From Coraliomargarita sp. (GTDB lineage: Bacteria; Verrucomicrobiota; Verrucomicrobiia; Opitutales; Coraliomargaritaceae): a stretch of DNA of 64,000 nt. The DNA lies in NCBI GenBank assembly GCA_965216325.1, contig OZ244160.1, positions 736,001-800,000 on the forward strand, in the 5' to 3' direction. Of the stretch, positions 46,725 through 58,134 are shown piece after piece. Below the pieces are notes generated by a model. The model saw only the letters and a list, made by a program, of their open reading frames with translations, searched no databases and was not told the origin of the DNA. The position numbers and the translations under genes were made by a program. Positions within the stretch are counted from its first letter, which is position 1, and the number at the start of each line of letters is the position of its first letter.

Positions 46725-48083
46725 ATGCGCATCGACCGGTATATTGCCCGCACACGTGTGATTGATATCCAAAGCACGGATTTCAAAAGTGCATTGGCTG
46801 AACTGTTAGATGTTTGTGATGTTACCAAGGAGAAGGGGTTGACCAAGAATCGCTTGCTTAAGGATCTGCTTGAACGTGAAAAGCAGATGACGACCTATCT
46901 CGGCAATGGCGTCTGCTTACCACACGCACGTGTGCCGATGAAGCGCAACTACATGATTGCGGTCGGTCGCTGTCCGGATGGCCTGCGCTATGATGGTCAG
47001 AAAGAATACCGTGATATTCGCTATGTCTTTCTGCTGCTCGCATCGGAGAACGCGCGCAGCTATCTCTACAGCTTGGCGTCGCTTGCACGGGTTTTTCAGG
47101 ATAAGTCGCACATGGCGCGCTTAGAAGCTGCGCGATCTCTTCCTGAATTTCGTAGGGAATTAAAGGCTGTATTCGGAGGTGAGGCGACGGCGCCTAAGCG
47201 CCAGCATGACCGCTTCAATAACTTGATCCTGAAGGAGGCTGGTAAGATCGCGCAGGGCTCAAATTGCAGTGCGGTTCTTGTCTTTGGCGATACCTTTGGT
47301 GGTGGCATTGAGCTGGGGGATACCTTTAAGGGCTTTAAGACGGTGTTGATTGCGCATGGCACGTCTGAGGTGGTTAGTGAGCGCGAGGATATTGATGCAG
47401 TCTTGCCGATTCGCTCCTTTAGTAATCAGCGCTTCTCGCAATTGCGCAGCGCGGTGCTGATCGGTCTGACGCGTGGCATCTTCTCGAGTTCCGACCGTTT
47501 GCTTTGTGTCGGTGGGATGCCGCAGAGTAACCAGTTCGACAGTATTACCGTGGTCGATGTCGAGCGCGAGTTCAGCACTATGCTCTTCCATAAGAGCGAG
47601 ATGCTGCCATCGTCCGTGAAGCCGGAAGTCATCGAGCGCGTCTTGGCGATTGCCACCGAGCTAGCAGTCGAGGGACGGGAAGGGCACCCGGTCGGCTGCC
47701 TATTTGCGCTGGGTAACTCCGAGAAAATTTCGGAATATACCAAGCCACTGATTTTGAATCCATTTTTTGGATACAAGGACGAAGACCGCAATATCCTGAA
47801 TCCGTTCATGGATGAGACGGTCAAGGAGCTGTCCTCGATTGATGGTGCCTTCATTATTCGTGGAGACGGAGTGTTGATTTCGGCGGGCTCGCTCATTCAT
47901 GCACCGGATTACAATCACAATTTGCCGAGTGGGCTTGGCAGTCGTCACGCCGCAGCCGCATCGATCACCCAGGCGGTGGATTGTCTCTGTGTCGTGGTTT
48001 CCGGTAGCACCGGACAGGTGACGCTATTCCGCCGCGGCGAGATGCTGCCGCTGATTGAGAAGACCCTGGTTCCTACGAGGTAG
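46725..48083 (+). CDS. Diadenylate cyclase (CdaZ/DacZ-like) with N-terminal PTS EIIA domain
   Basis: TYLGNGVCLPHAR (EIIA phospho-His); EGREGHPVG, SIDGAFII, GLGSRHAAA, VVSGSTG. Confidence 0.88.
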   Translation: MRIDRYIARTRVIDIQSTDFKSALAELLDVCDVTKEKGLTKNRLLKDLLEREKQMTTYLGNGVCLPHARVPMKRNYMIAVGRCPDGLRYDGQKEYRDIRYVFLLLASENARSYLYSLASLARVFQDKSHMARLEAARSLPEFRRELKAVFGGEATAPKRQHDRFNNLILKEAGKIAQGSNCSAVLVFGDTFGGGIELGDTFKGFKTVLIAHGTSEVVSEREDIDAVLPIRSFSNQRFSQLRSAVLIGLTRGIFSSSDRLLCVGGMPQSNQFDSITVVDVEREFSTMLFHKSEMLPSSVKPEVIERVLAIATELAVEGREGHPVGCLFALGNSEKISEYTKPLILNPFFGYKDEDRNILNPFMDETVKELSSIDGAFIIRGDGVLISAGSLIHAPDYNHNLPSGLGSRHAAAASITQAVDCLCVVVSGSTGQVTLFRRGEMLPLIEKTLVPTR

Positions 48084-48092
48084 AGTGGAGGC

Positions 48093-48185
48093 GTAGCGTG
48101 AAGCTTCAGCAAGCGCTTCACCGAGTATGTGCCTCGCTGCAGTAAGCTTACAACACAGAGGGCGTTTGTTGAAACTGCACGCTAG
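48093..48185. repeat. GTAG-type REP doublet, homologous to 61495-61587
   Basis: GTAGCGTGAAGCTTCAGCAAGCGC...GCGTTTGTTGAAACTGCACGCTAG. Confidence 0.75.
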
Positions 48186-48290
48186 GAGAGCAAACACTCA
48201 GGCGTCTCGGAGTCAGGCTGCTTCTGCAAAGTGTGAAAGTCTGATATCCGACCTTTACACTTTCCCTCCTTCATACCTTCATACACCACG

Positions 48291-49103
48291 ATGAGCACCT
48301 CGCGAATAGTTAACGCCTTTGCCAAAGCCCGGGAAGAGAACCGTGCCGCCTTCGTCGGCTATCTTTGCGCCGGAGATCCCGATTTGGAGACCTCGGTCCG
48401 TGCCTGTCGTGCGGTGATTGAGTCTGGAGTGGATGTTTTGGAGTTGGGTGTGCCGTTTTCTGACCCTTTGGCCGATGGTATGACTAATCAGTTGGCGGCC
48501 CAGCGTGCGCTTGAGAGCGGCAGCACTAGTGAGCGAGTGTTCGAGCTTGTGCGTGCGATTCGCGAGTTCAGCGAGGTGCCGATTGTGTTCTACACCTACT
48601 ACAATCTGGTGTTTGCCAAGGGCAGTGCCGCCTACGCGGAAGAGGCCAAGGCTGCTGGTGTCGATGGCATGCTGACCCTTGACCTGCCACCGGAAGAGGC
48701 GGGCGATCACCTCGAAGCCTGCGATAAGCACGGCATCGAAACAGTCTTCATCGTTGCACCGACCACACCAGACGAGCGTCTCGAAATCATCTGCAAGGCG
48801 ACCACCGGTTTTGTTTACTACGTCTCCCGAGAAGGGGTTACCGGTGAGCGCAGTTCTATGGCCGAAGGCATCGCTGATCGTGTGGCTGTAATCAAACAAC
48901 ACACCGATAAGCCAGTCGTCGTTGGTTTCGGGATTTCCTCCGCCGAGCATGTCAACACAGTCGCGCAGGCAGCCGACGGAGTGGTCGTTGGTAGTGCGAT
49001 CGTGAACTGTATCGCCAACAACTTGGGTGATGCGGACGCAATTGTCGGCGCACTGACTGATAAAATGGGCGAGCTCACTGCAGGCGGGGCTCTCGGAAAG
49101 TAG
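48291..49103 (+). CDS. trpA: Tryptophan synthase alpha chain
   Basis: AGDPD, ELGVPFSDPLADG, YYVSREGVTG, VGFGIS, VVVGSAIV. Confidence 0.97.
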   Translation: MSTSRIVNAFAKAREENRAAFVGYLCAGDPDLETSVRACRAVIESGVDVLELGVPFSDPLADGMTNQLAAQRALESGSTSERVFELVRAIREFSEVPIVFYTYYNLVFAKGSAAYAEEAKAAGVDGMLTLDLPPEEAGDHLEACDKHGIETVFIVAPTTPDERLEIICKATTGFVYYVSREGVTGERSSMAEGIADRVAVIKQHTDKPVVVGFGISSAEHVNTVAQAADGVVVGSAIVNCIANNLGDADAIVGALTDKMGELTAGGALGK

Positions 49104-49269
49104 CCAGAAATTGGCACAAGATCGGCTAATCGCTGTCACGAAAACGCAAGCTATGCAACGGTTTAGCGTTATTCGTCGTTTCGCGCTTTCCTAACCGATT
49201 TTTTTAGTTAATTTGCCATCATTTCCCGCTGAAAAGCGGATCATATAGACCTATATATCGAACAGTCTC

Positions 49270-51810
49270 ATGCCAACATCAGCAGCCAAGAAAACCAAGA
49301 AAGCCGCCACTAAAAAGGCAGCTGCCAAGTCCACCGAGAAGAACGGAAACTGCTTCCGTTTCGAAGTCGGCGGCACGAAAGAGTCGATCAAAACCTCGAT
49401 TTTAAACCACCTGCGCTACACACTCGCGCGTCACGCGGAAAGCGCGACCAAGGACGAGTGGTGGACTGCGACCTGCTATGCGGTGCGCGACCGCTTGCTC
49501 GATCGCTTCATGAAGACGCAGGAAGTGCACCACGAAAAGAAGGTGCGCCGCGCATACTACCTCAGCCTGGAGTATTTGATGGGCCGTCTGATGGTGAACA
49601 ATCTCCATAACGCCGGCCTCTACACTCAGACTCGTGAGGCACTCGAAGAGCTTGGCCAAGATTTCGAAGACATTGCCAGCGAAGAAGCGGACATGGGCCT
49701 CGGTAACGGTGGTCTCGGCCGTCTTGCATCCTGCTTCCTCGACTCGCTTGCGACACTCGATTTGCCAGCGGTTGGTTATGGTATTCACTACGAGTTCGGT
49801 CTGTTCCGCCAAGAGTTCAAGGACGGTCACCAAATCGAGCACCCGGACGTCTGGCAGGAAAAGGGCTGCCCATGGGAAGTCATGCGCCCGAATTTCGCGC
49901 AGGAGATTCAACTCTACGGCCGCGTTGAACACCAGATGGACGATAAGGGCACCTTCCACCCGGTCTGGGTCGACTACAAGACCATCGAGGGCGTGCCCTT
50001 TGATATCGGTATCGTGGGCCACGGCGGTGAGACTGTAAACTTCCTCCGCCTCTGGGATTCCAAGGCATCGCACGAGTTCGACCTCAACATCTTCAACGAA
50101 GGTGGTTACGTCGAAGCTGTCCGAGAGAAGGCCATGGGTGAAACCATCTCCAAGGTGCTTTACCCGAACGACGCGACTGAAACCGGTAAGGAGCTGCGCC
50201 TCGTGCAGCAATACTTCTTCGTCAGCTGCTCGCTGAAGGACATCATCCGCCGCTTCCACAACAACCACAGCGACTGGGCCGACTTCCCTAAGTTCAACGC
50301 GATCCAGCTCAATGACACGCACCCAGCCATCGCGGTGCCGGAGCTCATGCGCCTGCTCGTCGACGAGCACGGTCTGGATTGGGACACCGCTTGGGAGATC
50401 ACCCGTAGCACTTGCAACTACACCAACCACACACTCCTTCCGGAAGCGCTGGAGAAGTGGTCCGTGCCGCTGTTCGAAAAGGTCCTTCCACGCCACCTTG
50501 AGATCGTTTACGAAATCAACCGCCGCTTCCTCGAAGACGAAGTCGAAGCCAAGTGGCCGGGCGACGGCAGTAAGAAGGCCGAGCTTTCCATCATCGAAGA
50601 GGGCTACCCAAAGATGATCCGTATGGCCTACCTTTCCGTGGTCGGTTCGACCAAGGTCAACGGTGTGGCAGCGTTGCACACCGAGCTGCTCAAGAAGCAC
50701 CTCTTCGCGACCTTCCACGAGCTCTATCCAAACAAGCTCATCAACATGACCAACGGCATCACACCACGCCGCTGGTTGCTTGCTTGTAACCAGGGCCTCA
50801 GCGATTTGATCACTGACAAGATCGGCAGTGACTGGCCGAAAGACCTCGATAAGTTGCAGGGCATCGCGAAGTTTGCCAACGATGCCAAGTTTCAGAAGCG
50901 CTTCATGGACATCAAGCGTGCCAACAAGCAGGCCTTTGCCGACTTCGTGCTCGCTGACTCCGGCCTTGAAATCAGCACCGATGCTATTTTTGACATTCAG
51001 ATCAAGCGCCTACACGAATACAAGCGCCAGCACCTCAACTTGCTGCACATTCTGACGCTGTATCGCCGCCTGCTCAACGACCCGAACTACGAGATGAACC
51101 CACGCGTGTTCGTCTTCGGCGCCAAAGCAGCACCGGGCTATGCCCTCGCCAAGAACATCATCCGCGCGATCAACAAGGTCGCCGATAAGGTGAACAACGA
51201 CGAGCGCATCGGTGGTAAGATCAAGATTGTCTTCCCGCACAACTACCGTGTCACCATGGCCGAGAAGATGATTCCGGCAGCCGACGTGTCCGAGCAAATC
51301 TCGACTGCGGGTAAGGAAGCATCCGGCACTGGTAACATGAAGCTCGCACTCAACGGTGCGCTCACCATCGGCACCCTCGATGGCGCCAACGTCGAGATCG
51401 GCGAAGAAGTGGGCGAGGACAACATCTTCATCTTCGGTAAGACTGTTGAAGAAGTGGAAGCGATCCGCGCTGCGGGTTACAACCCATACGATTACTATAA
51501 CAGCAACTGGGAGCTGAAGGCTGTAATCGATTGGTTGCGCTCCGACTACTTCACACCGGGCGAGCACGATGCCTTTGCACCGCTGTGCAGCAGCTGGCTC
51601 GAAGGTGGCGACCCGTATCTCTGCCTTGCGGACTACGCCGACTACGTGCGTGCACAGGAAGACCTCGACAAAGCCTTCAGCGACAAGAAGCGCTGGGCCA
51701 AGATGGCGATCCTCAACACCGCCAAGATGGGCAAGTTCTCCAGCGACCGCACCATCAGCGAATACGCCGAGCACATCTGGAAGCTCAAGTCCGTCAAAAT
51801 CGGCAAGTAG
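49270..51810 (+). CDS. glgP: Glycogen/starch phosphorylase
   Basis: [36 protein letters not shown]. Confidence 0.98.
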   Translation: MPTSAAKKTKKAATKKAAAKSTEKNGNCFRFEVGGTKESIKTSILNHLRYTLARHAESATKDEWWTATCYAVRDRLLDRFMKTQEVHHEKKVRRAYYLSLEYLMGRLMVNNLHNAGLYTQTREALEELGQDFEDIASEEADMGLGNGGLGRLASCFLDSLATLDLPAVGYGIHYEFGLFRQEFKDGHQIEHPDVWQEKGCPWEVMRPNFAQEIQLYGRVEHQMDDKGTFHPVWVDYKTIEGVPFDIGIVGHGGETVNFLRLWDSKASHEFDLNIFNEGGYVEAVREKAMGETISKVLYPNDATETGKELRLVQQYFFVSCSLKDIIRRFHNNHSDWADFPKFNAIQLNDTHPAIAVPELMRLLVDEHGLDWDTAWEITRSTCNYTNHTLLPEALEKWSVPLFEKVLPRHLEIVYEINRRFLEDEVEAKWPGDGSKKAELSIIEEGYPKMIRMAYLSVVGSTKVNGVAALHTELLKKHLFATFHELYPNKLINMTNGITPRRWLLACNQGLSDLITDKIGSDWPKDLDKLQGIAKFANDAKFQKRFMDIKRANKQAFADFVLADSGLEISTDAIFDIQIKRLHEYKRQHLNLLHILTLYRRLLNDPNYEMNPRVFVFGAKAAPGYALAKNIIRAINKVADKVNNDERIGGKIKIVFPHNYRVTMAEKMIPAADVSEQISTAGKEASGTGNMKLALNGALTIGTLDGANVEIGEEVGEDNIFIFGKTVEEVEAIRAAGYNPYDYYNSNWELKAVIDWLRSDYFTPGEHDAFAPLCSSWLEGGDPYLCLADYADYVRAQEDLDKAFSDKKRWAKMAILNTAKMGKFSSDRTISEYAEHIWKLKSVKIGK

Positions 51811-51828
51811 CCAACAAGCAATTCAAGC

Positions 51829-51861
51829 AAAAGGGCGCACTATTTGGTGCGCCCTTTTTTT
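51829..51861 (+). terminator. Rho-independent terminator (possibly bidirectional)
   Basis: AAAAGGGCGCAC-TATTTG-GTGCGCCCTTTTTTT. Confidence 0.9.
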
Positions 51862-52109
51862 GTTTTGGGAACCACGAACTGCACGCAGCCGAACCGCTGA
51901 AAGGATTTAACCCGCAATTGCACCAGTTGCTGAGTGTCGGGATGTCAGTAATTCATGTTGAGCAGTCAGCGAATTGTCGCTCAAAATTCGCGGTGTTACA
52001 AAAATGACACTCTTTAACTTTGAGTCCACAGGCGGCTTGTTAACCACTGATCCAGAAGACGATGGAACGTTTGCTTTGCATGCGTATCTTGCGTCCCTTA
52101 GCGGCAGAT

Positions 52110-53417
52110 TTAAATGGCTTTAATGGCCTTAGCCAAGACCTCAGCGGCTTGATCGATGTCCTTTCCTTGGTGGGCGGTGCAAAGGAAGCCGGTTTCATAC
52201 GCGGACGGTGCGAGGTAGACGCCGTTGTCCAAGGCGTAGTGGAAGACTTTGTTATACAGCTCGGTTTCGCTGCCGGTGGCGTCTTCGAAGTTGCGCACGG
52301 GTTTGTCGCTGAAGAACAGCGCAAACATCGAGCCGACCTGTGGCACTTGCAGTGCGAGGCCCTTTTGCTGTGCAGCGTCTACGAGTGCATCGCGGAGTTG
52401 TGCGCCCATGGCCTCAAATAGTGGGTAGGGGTTCTCGTCGCGTAGTTTCTTGAGTGCCGCGATTCCGGCGGCCATCGCGAGTGGGTTACCACTCAGCGTG
52501 CCCGCTTGATAGACGGGGCCGAGTGGAGCGAGGTGATCCATAATTTCAGTCTTGCCGCCGAAGGCTCCGACCGGGAGGCCGCCGCCGATGATCTTACCCA
52601 TTGCCGTGAGGTCAGGTGTGATGCCGACACGTTCCTGCACACCGCCGAGTGCGAGACGGAAGCCGGTCATGACTTCGTCGAAGATCAGCACGCTGCCGTG
52701 CTCGGTGCAGATGTCGCGCAGGAATTGCAGGTAGCCTTCGTCGGGAAGGATGAGACCGCAGTTGGCCGGAAAAGGCTCGACGATGATGGCGGCGATATCG
52801 GCGCTGTGTTCGGCGAAGGTGGTCTTGAGCTGCTCGGTGTCGTTGTAATCGAGCACGAGAGTCTCCGCCGCGAAGGCGGCAGGGATACCCGCGCTGTCGG
52901 GGTTGCCGAGGGTGAGCGCACCCGAGCCGGCTTTGACCAGTAGGGCATCGACGTGGCCGTGATAGCAGCCCGTGAATTTGATGATCTTGTTGCGGCCGGT
53001 GTAGCCGCGAGCCAAGCGAATAGCGGACATGGTGGCTTCGGTACCGCTGTTGCACATGCGCACCTTCTCGACCGAGGGCACGATTTCGACCAACAGTTCG
53101 GCCATCTCGACCTCGTAAGGATTCGGGGTGCCGAAGCTGGTGCCGTTTTCAAGCGCCTTAGCGATTGCCGCGCGGATGTCCGGATCGTTGTGACCGTGAA
53201 TCGCAGGGCCCCAAGTGCAGACGAAGTCGATCAGCTCTTTGCCGTCGGCCGTGGTGAGGTGTGCACCATTGGCACTTTGCGTGAAGAAGGGGGTGCCGCC
53301 GACTGAGCGGAAAGCTCGAACCGGTGAGTTGACCCCGCCCGGGATCAGTTGCTTGGCGCGTTCGAAGAGGTCGTTCGATTGTTGTTGGTTGCTGGTTGTT
53401 GGTTGAGAGCTGCTCAT
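52110..53417 (-). CDS. hemL: Glutamate-1-semialdehyde 2,1-aminomutase
   Basis: [44 protein letters not shown]. Confidence 0.97.
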   Translation of the reverse strand: MSSSQPTTSNQQQSNDLFERAKQLIPGGVNSPVRAFRSVGGTPFFTQSANGAHLTTADGKELIDFVCTWGPAIHGHNDPDIRAAIAKALENGTSFGTPNPYEVEMAELLVEIVPSVEKVRMCNSGTEATMSAIRLARGYTGRNKIIKFTGCYHGHVDALLVKAGSGALTLGNPDSAGIPAAFAAETLVLDYNDTEQLKTTFAEHSADIAAIIVEPFPANCGLILPDEGYLQFLRDICTEHGSVLIFDEVMTGFRLALGGVQERVGITPDLTAMGKIIGGGLPVGAFGGKTEIMDHLAPLGPVYQAGTLSGNPLAMAAGIAALKKLRDENPYPLFEAMGAQLRDALVDAAQQKGLALQVPQVGSMFALFFSDKPVRNFEDATGSETELYNKVFHYALDNGVYLAPSAYETGFLCTAHQGKDIDQAAEVLAKAIKAI

Positions 53418-53468
53418 GGGGCAGAGACTCAACGCTCAACGCGCAACTTTCAACTAACAACGTTCAAC
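53381..53468. repeat. Inverted heptamer arrays straddling the hemL start
   Basis: Minus strand: six GTTGnnn units, then the ATG, then about four CAACnnn units. Confidence 0.7.
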
Positions 53469-55107
53469 TTACATACTTTTGCACGATGGGGATGCGGCGG
53501 CCGACGCCGAAGGCGAGCGGTGTGGTCTTGAGGCCGGGGGCGGCTTGCTTGCGCTTGTATTCGTTGAGGTCGACTTTGCGCACGATGTCATCCACCACGG
53601 CTTGGTCGTAACCTTTCTCAACGATCTCGACGCGGGACAGACCTTCCTCGACATAGAGACGGAGGATGCCATCCAGCGTTGGATACGGTGGCAGGGAATC
53701 TTCGTCTTTTTGGTCGGGACGCAGTTCGGCGGACGGTGGCTTTTCGATGGTGTTGACTGGCACGACTTCGCGTTCGCGGTTCATGTAGCGGGCGAGGGCG
53801 TAAACCTTCATTTTCGGAAGGTCGGAGATCACTGCGAGACCGCCACACATGTCGCCATAGAGCGTGCAGTAGCCAACTGATATCTCACTTTTGTTGCCGG
53901 TGGTGAGCAGCAGCGCACCAAACTTGTTGGACATTGCCATGAGCAATAGGCCGCGGGCGCGGGCCTGAATGTTTTCTTCAGTCACGTCGGCGGTGCGGCC
54001 TTCGAAGAGGGGGCCGAGGGCGGCTTCGGCAGCGCTGACGGTGTCGGCAATGGCGACTTCGTGATACTCGATGCCAAGGTTCTTGGCCAAGGCGGCGGCG
54101 TCGTCGCGGCTGTGTTGACTGGAAATGGACGACGGCAGCGCGATTCCAATGACGTTTTCCGGACCGAAGGCTTCGGCAGCGAGAGCGGCGACGACTGCCG
54201 AGTCGATACCACCAGAGAGACCAATCAGTGCTTTGCGGAAGCCGCTCTTGTGCGCGTAGTCACGCAGGCCGAGGACGAGTGCATCGTGGGTGGCTGCGTT
54301 GCCGGTTGGATTGAAGTGCTCGGAGATGTTGCCGTTGAGGTCGTAGAGGTCGACGATGCGCTCTTCGGCGCGGAAGGCTGCTAGTCCCGCAATGAGGCCG
54401 CGCTCCGGGTGAGCGACGAGGCTGCCGCCGTCGAAGATGAGCTCATCGTTGCCGCCGACAGCGTTGCAGTAAACGACCGGGCACTTGCAGCGGTCGGCCG
54501 CGTGTTGCACGAGGGGTTCGCGTGCTTCGTTTTTGCCGGCGTGCCAGGGGCTGGCGGAAAGGTTGAGCAGTAGGTCGAGGGACACGCTGGAGAATTTTTC
54601 GATCGGCTCTTCGCTGTAGTGGCGGCTGGTCGGCACATCGGGGTGCACCCAGATGTCTTCGCAAATAGTCAGACCAATGCGCTTGCCGTTCCATTCGACG
54701 ATCGTTGGCTCATCGGCGGGTTCGAAGTAGCGCTCCTCGTCGAAGACGTCGTAGTTGGGCAGGAGGGACTTGCGGCCGATGGCTTTGACCTTGCCGGATT
54801 CACACCATGCGGCCGAGTTGTAGAAGGGACGGCCGACGACGTTGTCAGCGCGCTTTTCAACGTATCCAATCACAGCTGGAACCTCGCCGATTTCGGAAGC
54901 GATTTCGCGCAGGGTGGCTTCGATATCGGTGACGAAGCGACTTTTGAAGAGTAAATCACGCGGCGGATAGCCACAGACGGCCAGCTCGGGAAAGACGACC
55001 AATTCCGCGCCCGAAGCGCAGAGGTTTTGGTAGGCTTTGAGAATCAGGGTTTTGTTGCCTGCGAGGTCGCCGACGGTGGTGTTGATTTGTGCGATTCCTA
55101 TCTTCAT
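53464..55107 (-). CDS. nadE: Glutamine-dependent NAD+ synthetase
   Basis: Nitrilase E-K-C (FPEL, RKSLLP, ICEDIW) plus [26 protein letters not shown]. Confidence 0.97.
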   Translation of the reverse strand: MKIGIAQINTTVGDLAGNKTLILKAYQNLCASGAELVVFPELAVCGYPPRDLLFKSRFVTDIEATLREIASEIGEVPAVIGYVEKRADNVVGRPFYNSAAWCESGKVKAIGRKSLLPNYDVFDEERYFEPADEPTIVEWNGKRIGLTICEDIWVHPDVPTSRHYSEEPIEKFSSVSLDLLLNLSASPWHAGKNEAREPLVQHAADRCKCPVVYCNAVGGNDELIFDGGSLVAHPERGLIAGLAAFRAEERIVDLYDLNGNISEHFNPTGNAATHDALVLGLRDYAHKSGFRKALIGLSGGIDSAVVAALAAEAFGPENVIGIALPSSISSQHSRDDAAALAKNLGIEYHEVAIADTVSAAEAALGPLFEGRTADVTEENIQARARGLLLMAMSNKFGALLLTTGNKSEISVGYCTLYGDMCGGLAVISDLPKMKVYALARYMNREREVVPVNTIEKPPSAELRPDQKDEDSLPPYPTLDGILRLYVEEGLSRVEIVEKGYDQAVVDDIVRKVDLNEYKRKQAAPGLKTTPLAFGVGRRIPIVQKYVS

Positions 55108-55207
55108 TCAGCGCGTATGCAAATGCATCGTCTCGCGGGTTGCAACCGCGCAGTGCAGTCCGCTGCGCGGAGTGTTGAGTGATGAGTGAGTGAGGAGAGT
55201 TGTTGTA

Positions 55208-55290
55208 ACTCTTACTCTTAATCGTAATCCTACTCTTAATCTTTCCATTCCTCGGGTGATTATGATTCAGAGTAGGATTAAGATTATGAT
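55208..55290. repeat. Inverted hexamer arrays (TCTTAA/TCTTAC ... GATTAA/GATTAT)
   Basis: CTCTTACTCTTAATCGTAATCCTACTCTTAATC...GATTATGATTCAGAGTAGGATTAAGATTATGAT; second copy at 60425-60478. Confidence 0.75.
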
Positions 55291-55346
55291 GGGGGCTTGG
55301 ATTTAAGGTTGTGGTCGTTTGGGAGATGACATTTGCATTGAGGGAC

Positions 55347-55946
55347 ATGATTAACCTTCGCCTGCACCCGAAAAAACTCGTTCTCGCATCGCAATCGCCG
55401 CGTCGTAAAGAATTGCTGGAGCGCTTGGGACTACGTTTCGAGGTCGCGCCGGCGCATGCGGATGAGATCGATACCCACCTGGATGGTCCGGCGCAGATGG
55501 TGTTGTGCAATGCGGCGATGAAGGCCGAGGTACTGGCGGCAGCGCATAACGATGCCTTGGTCTTGGGATCGGATACCACGGTTGTGCTCGGCGAGCGCAT
55601 TTTGGGTAAGCCAAAGGATATGCAGGAGGCGAGGGAGACTTTGATGATGTTGTCCGGTCAGGTGCACACGGTGTATACCGCGGTGGCATTGCGTTGGGAT
55701 ACGCAGAACTTCGTCGATGACTTCGTTGAGGCCAGTCACGTGCGCTTTCGTGTGTTGGATGACGCGACGATTGATGCCTATTTCAAGTTGGTCGACCCGT
55801 TGGATAAGGCCGGTGCGTATGGGATCCAGCAGGGCCGTGAGATGATTATCGAAGCGGTGGAAGGTTCGGTGGAGAATGTGATGGGGTTGCCGATCCAGCG
55901 GCTAGAGTTGCACCTCAAGGAACACGGCTTTAGTTTTCGGGACTAA
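55347..55946 (+). CDS. maf: Maf-family nucleoside triphosphate pyrophosphatase
   Basis: [37 protein letters not shown]. Confidence 0.95.
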   Translation: MINLRLHPKKLVLASQSPRRKELLERLGLRFEVAPAHADEIDTHLDGPAQMVLCNAAMKAEVLAAAHNDALVLGSDTTVVLGERILGKPKDMQEARETLMMLSGQVHTVYTAVALRWDTQNFVDDFVEASHVRFRVLDDATIDAYFKLVDPLDKAGAYGIQQGREMIIEAVEGSVENVMGLPIQRLELHLKEHGFSFRD

Positions 55947-56029
55947 AAAATGAATTTTCACGAATAGAGGAGTTCATTAAACCGTCTCTTATCTCTATGC
56001 CCACTATCTGGAATACGATTCTGATGCTG

Positions 56030-56093
56030 CGGGCTTCGCCCCTCGGCAAGTTCGGGGCCTTGAGCTTGTCGAAACGGCAAGCAAAGCCCCTAC
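56030..56093. repeat. GTAG-type REP containing a nested TTCGACAAGCTC-type palindrome
   Basis: Minus strand: GTAGGGGCTTTGCTTG-[CCGTTTCGACAAGCTCAAGGCCCCGAACTTGCCGAGGGG]-CGAAGCCC. Confidence 0.55.
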
Positions 56094-56109
56094 AAGTTAA
56101 GTCTTCATT

Positions 56110-57243
56110 TTGACAGAGCTCAGGACATCAGTAGGCGCTGCCTATTTATTTGATGACAACCGCGCTGAACAGCGTTGGACGGTGTTTTTGGCGCTGGCGA
56201 TTGCGTTGTTTTTGCACGTCGGCTTTGTGCTGGTGATGCCCTCAGAGTTGTTGATGCCCAAAACGCTGCAAAGCAGCTCGGTTGAAGAGGAACTGGAGGT
56301 GGAGTTTTTACCACCGGAGGTGATTCCGCCTGAAGAACTTAAATTTGTGGAGGCCAATCCCGAGGCGCCCGAGAATAAACCGGATCGACAGGACCAGTAT
56401 TCCTTCCGTGATCAGCAGGCGGCCGACATGAGTGAGAGTGAGGAACTGCTGGATGTCCCGAATGTTGATGGCGAGGAAGACTCGCAGAAAATTGTGCAGG
56501 GCTCACTGGCGGAGGCACAGCCGTTGCCACCGGGCACTTACAGCCCGCAGGTGCAGCCGGGCGAAGGCGAGGGCACCGAAGGTGGCAAGGCCGGCCAGCC
56601 CGTAGAGGCGGTAGTGGCTCCACCACAGCCGTTGCCGACACCGGATTTCCTCAAGCAAGAGGCGACCGCAGAGGAGGGCACCGCGAGCAGCATTAATCTG
56701 GAGGGTGAGTCTCCTGAAATCGTCGAGAATCCAACGCAGGAGGCGCCGATCAATGTCTACAAGCCTGAGCCGATGACTCAGCCGACTGAACAGACTCAGG
56801 TCGGTGATGGCGCAGGGGGGCAGCCGGATGCGAAGCCTATGCCCCGTGCACGCCCACGCTTGGACCCAAACTTGATTACCGGCCCCTTGATGCGCTCGGT
56901 GGGCTCGGCCAGCCGTCGCGGCACGCTGGCGATTGACGCGACCTTCAGTGAATTTGGCGAGTATCAGCAGCAGTTTTTTGCAGCCTTGCAGCTCGGTTGG
57001 TATCAGGAAATCGAGTTTTTTCAGCCGATCGACACGGCAGCCCGTGTGGTGGTGCGCTTTACCATGAAGGCAGACGGCAGCATTCATGATATCGAGACTT
57101 TGCACACTTCGGCCGGAGAAGTTGCGACTTTTATCTGTGAAAGTGCGATTAGTAAGCGGTCGCCTTTTCGACCGTGGACGAAGGAAATGGTTGAAGTCTT
57201 TGGCCAAGAGCGGACACTTACTGTTTCTTTTAATTACCGATGA
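56110..57243 (+). CDS. TonB/TolA-like membrane-anchored Pro/Glu-rich protein
   Basis: TM helix with ALFLHV, long P/E-rich linker, C-terminal VVVRFTMKADGSI...PFRPW. Confidence 0.75.
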   Translation: MTELRTSVGAAYLFDDNRAEQRWTVFLALAIALFLHVGFVLVMPSELLMPKTLQSSSVEEELEVEFLPPEVIPPEELKFVEANPEAPENKPDRQDQYSFRDQQAADMSESEELLDVPNVDGEEDSQKIVQGSLAEAQPLPPGTYSPQVQPGEGEGTEGGKAGQPVEAVVAPPQPLPTPDFLKQEATAEEGTASSINLEGESPEIVENPTQEAPINVYKPEPMTQPTEQTQVGDGAGGQPDAKPMPRARPRLDPNLITGPLMRSVGSASRRGTLAIDATFSEFGEYQQQFFAALQLGWYQEIEFFQPIDTAARVVVRFTMKADGSIHDIETLHTSAGEVATFICESAISKRSPFRPWTKEMVEVFGQERTLTVSFNYR

Positions 57244-58115
57244 GTATTCATGATACAGAGCTGACTCCCGAAGCCTTGCCGCTTGGTCCAGGTGTGCGTA
57301 TACTGAAGTCCAATCAGGATGGCTTGGTTGCGCTGGAGAAGCCTACCGGAGTGATGTCGCACCCGAACAAGTTGAGCGATCAGCGCCGCTCCTTGCTTAC
57401 GGTGGCCTATAATTATACGGAAGAACGCTACTCTTGGAATGATGAACGGGGTGTGCGCCAGCATGCATGGTTGATCAATCGCTTGGACTCTCCGACCTCG
57501 GGCGTGATCCTCGTCGCCCTCAATGAGGAATTGTGCCATATTATTAAGCAGCAATTTGCCACACACCGCGTGAGCAAAATCTATACAGCGCTGGTGAAGC
57601 ACATCCCGTCTAATGCCGGTGGCATTTGGAATGACCAGCTGAAGAAAGATCTGCAACGTGGCGGGCGAGTCATCAAAGGAGGCCAACGTGTGCAGGCCAA
57701 ATCACGCTATCAGATGATTAAGAGCCCAACCGGAGGTTTTCCAGTTTCGCTTCTGAAGCTGATGCCGGTCACGGGGCGCACCCATCAACTGCGGGTGCAG
57801 TGCATGAAGCACGGCCATCCGATTGTTGGTGATGCAACTTATGGCAGTTTTAGTTTCAACCGTGAGGTGGCTTCTGAAACGGGTGTGAAGCGCTTATTAT
57901 TGCACAGCACTGAGACAGCGTTGAGCTATGCATATAAGGGAGAAGTTCGTGAGTTTTCAGTGAAGTCTGCTTTGCCGGAGGAGTTCAACGAAGTGCTTCG
58001 TTTCCGCCCTGGACTCTATTATGGGACCCAGGCACACCAAGTGAGGAAAGATAAGGAAGCCGAGGAAGGAACGAAGTCGAATTCGGTGCTCTCTGAGCGC
58101 CGCTTTAAGCAATAA
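57240..58115 (+). CDS. RluA-family RNA pseudouridine synthase
   Basis: EKPTGVMSHP, NRLDSPTSG, TGRTHQLRV, HPIVGD, LLHS. Confidence 0.92.
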   Translation: MSIHDTELTPEALPLGPGVRILKSNQDGLVALEKPTGVMSHPNKLSDQRRSLLTVAYNYTEERYSWNDERGVRQHAWLINRLDSPTSGVILVALNEELCHIIKQQFATHRVSKIYTALVKHIPSNAGGIWNDQLKKDLQRGGRVIKGGQRVQAKSRYQMIKSPTGGFPVSLLKLMPVTGRTHQLRVQCMKHGHPIVGDATYGSFSFNREVASETGVKRLLLHSTETALSYAYKGEVREFSVKSALPEEFNEVLRFRPGLYYGTQAHQVRKDKEAEEGTKSNSVLSERRFKQ

Positions 58116-58134
58116 ATTCCGGCGGACACATTAG

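Noticed and set aside
49111..49127. Sigma-54-like TTGGCACAAGATCGGCT upstream of glgP
   Set aside because: The -12 element (CGGC) is a poor match and nothing else supports it.
49402..51774. Antisense ORFs of 438 aa and 254 aa opposite glgP
   Set aside because: Same shadow effect; no motifs of their own.
51865..52105. Possible ncRNA between glgP and hemL
   Set aside because: Only short, decayed repeat-like fragments; no recognisable RNA family or convincing fold by eye.
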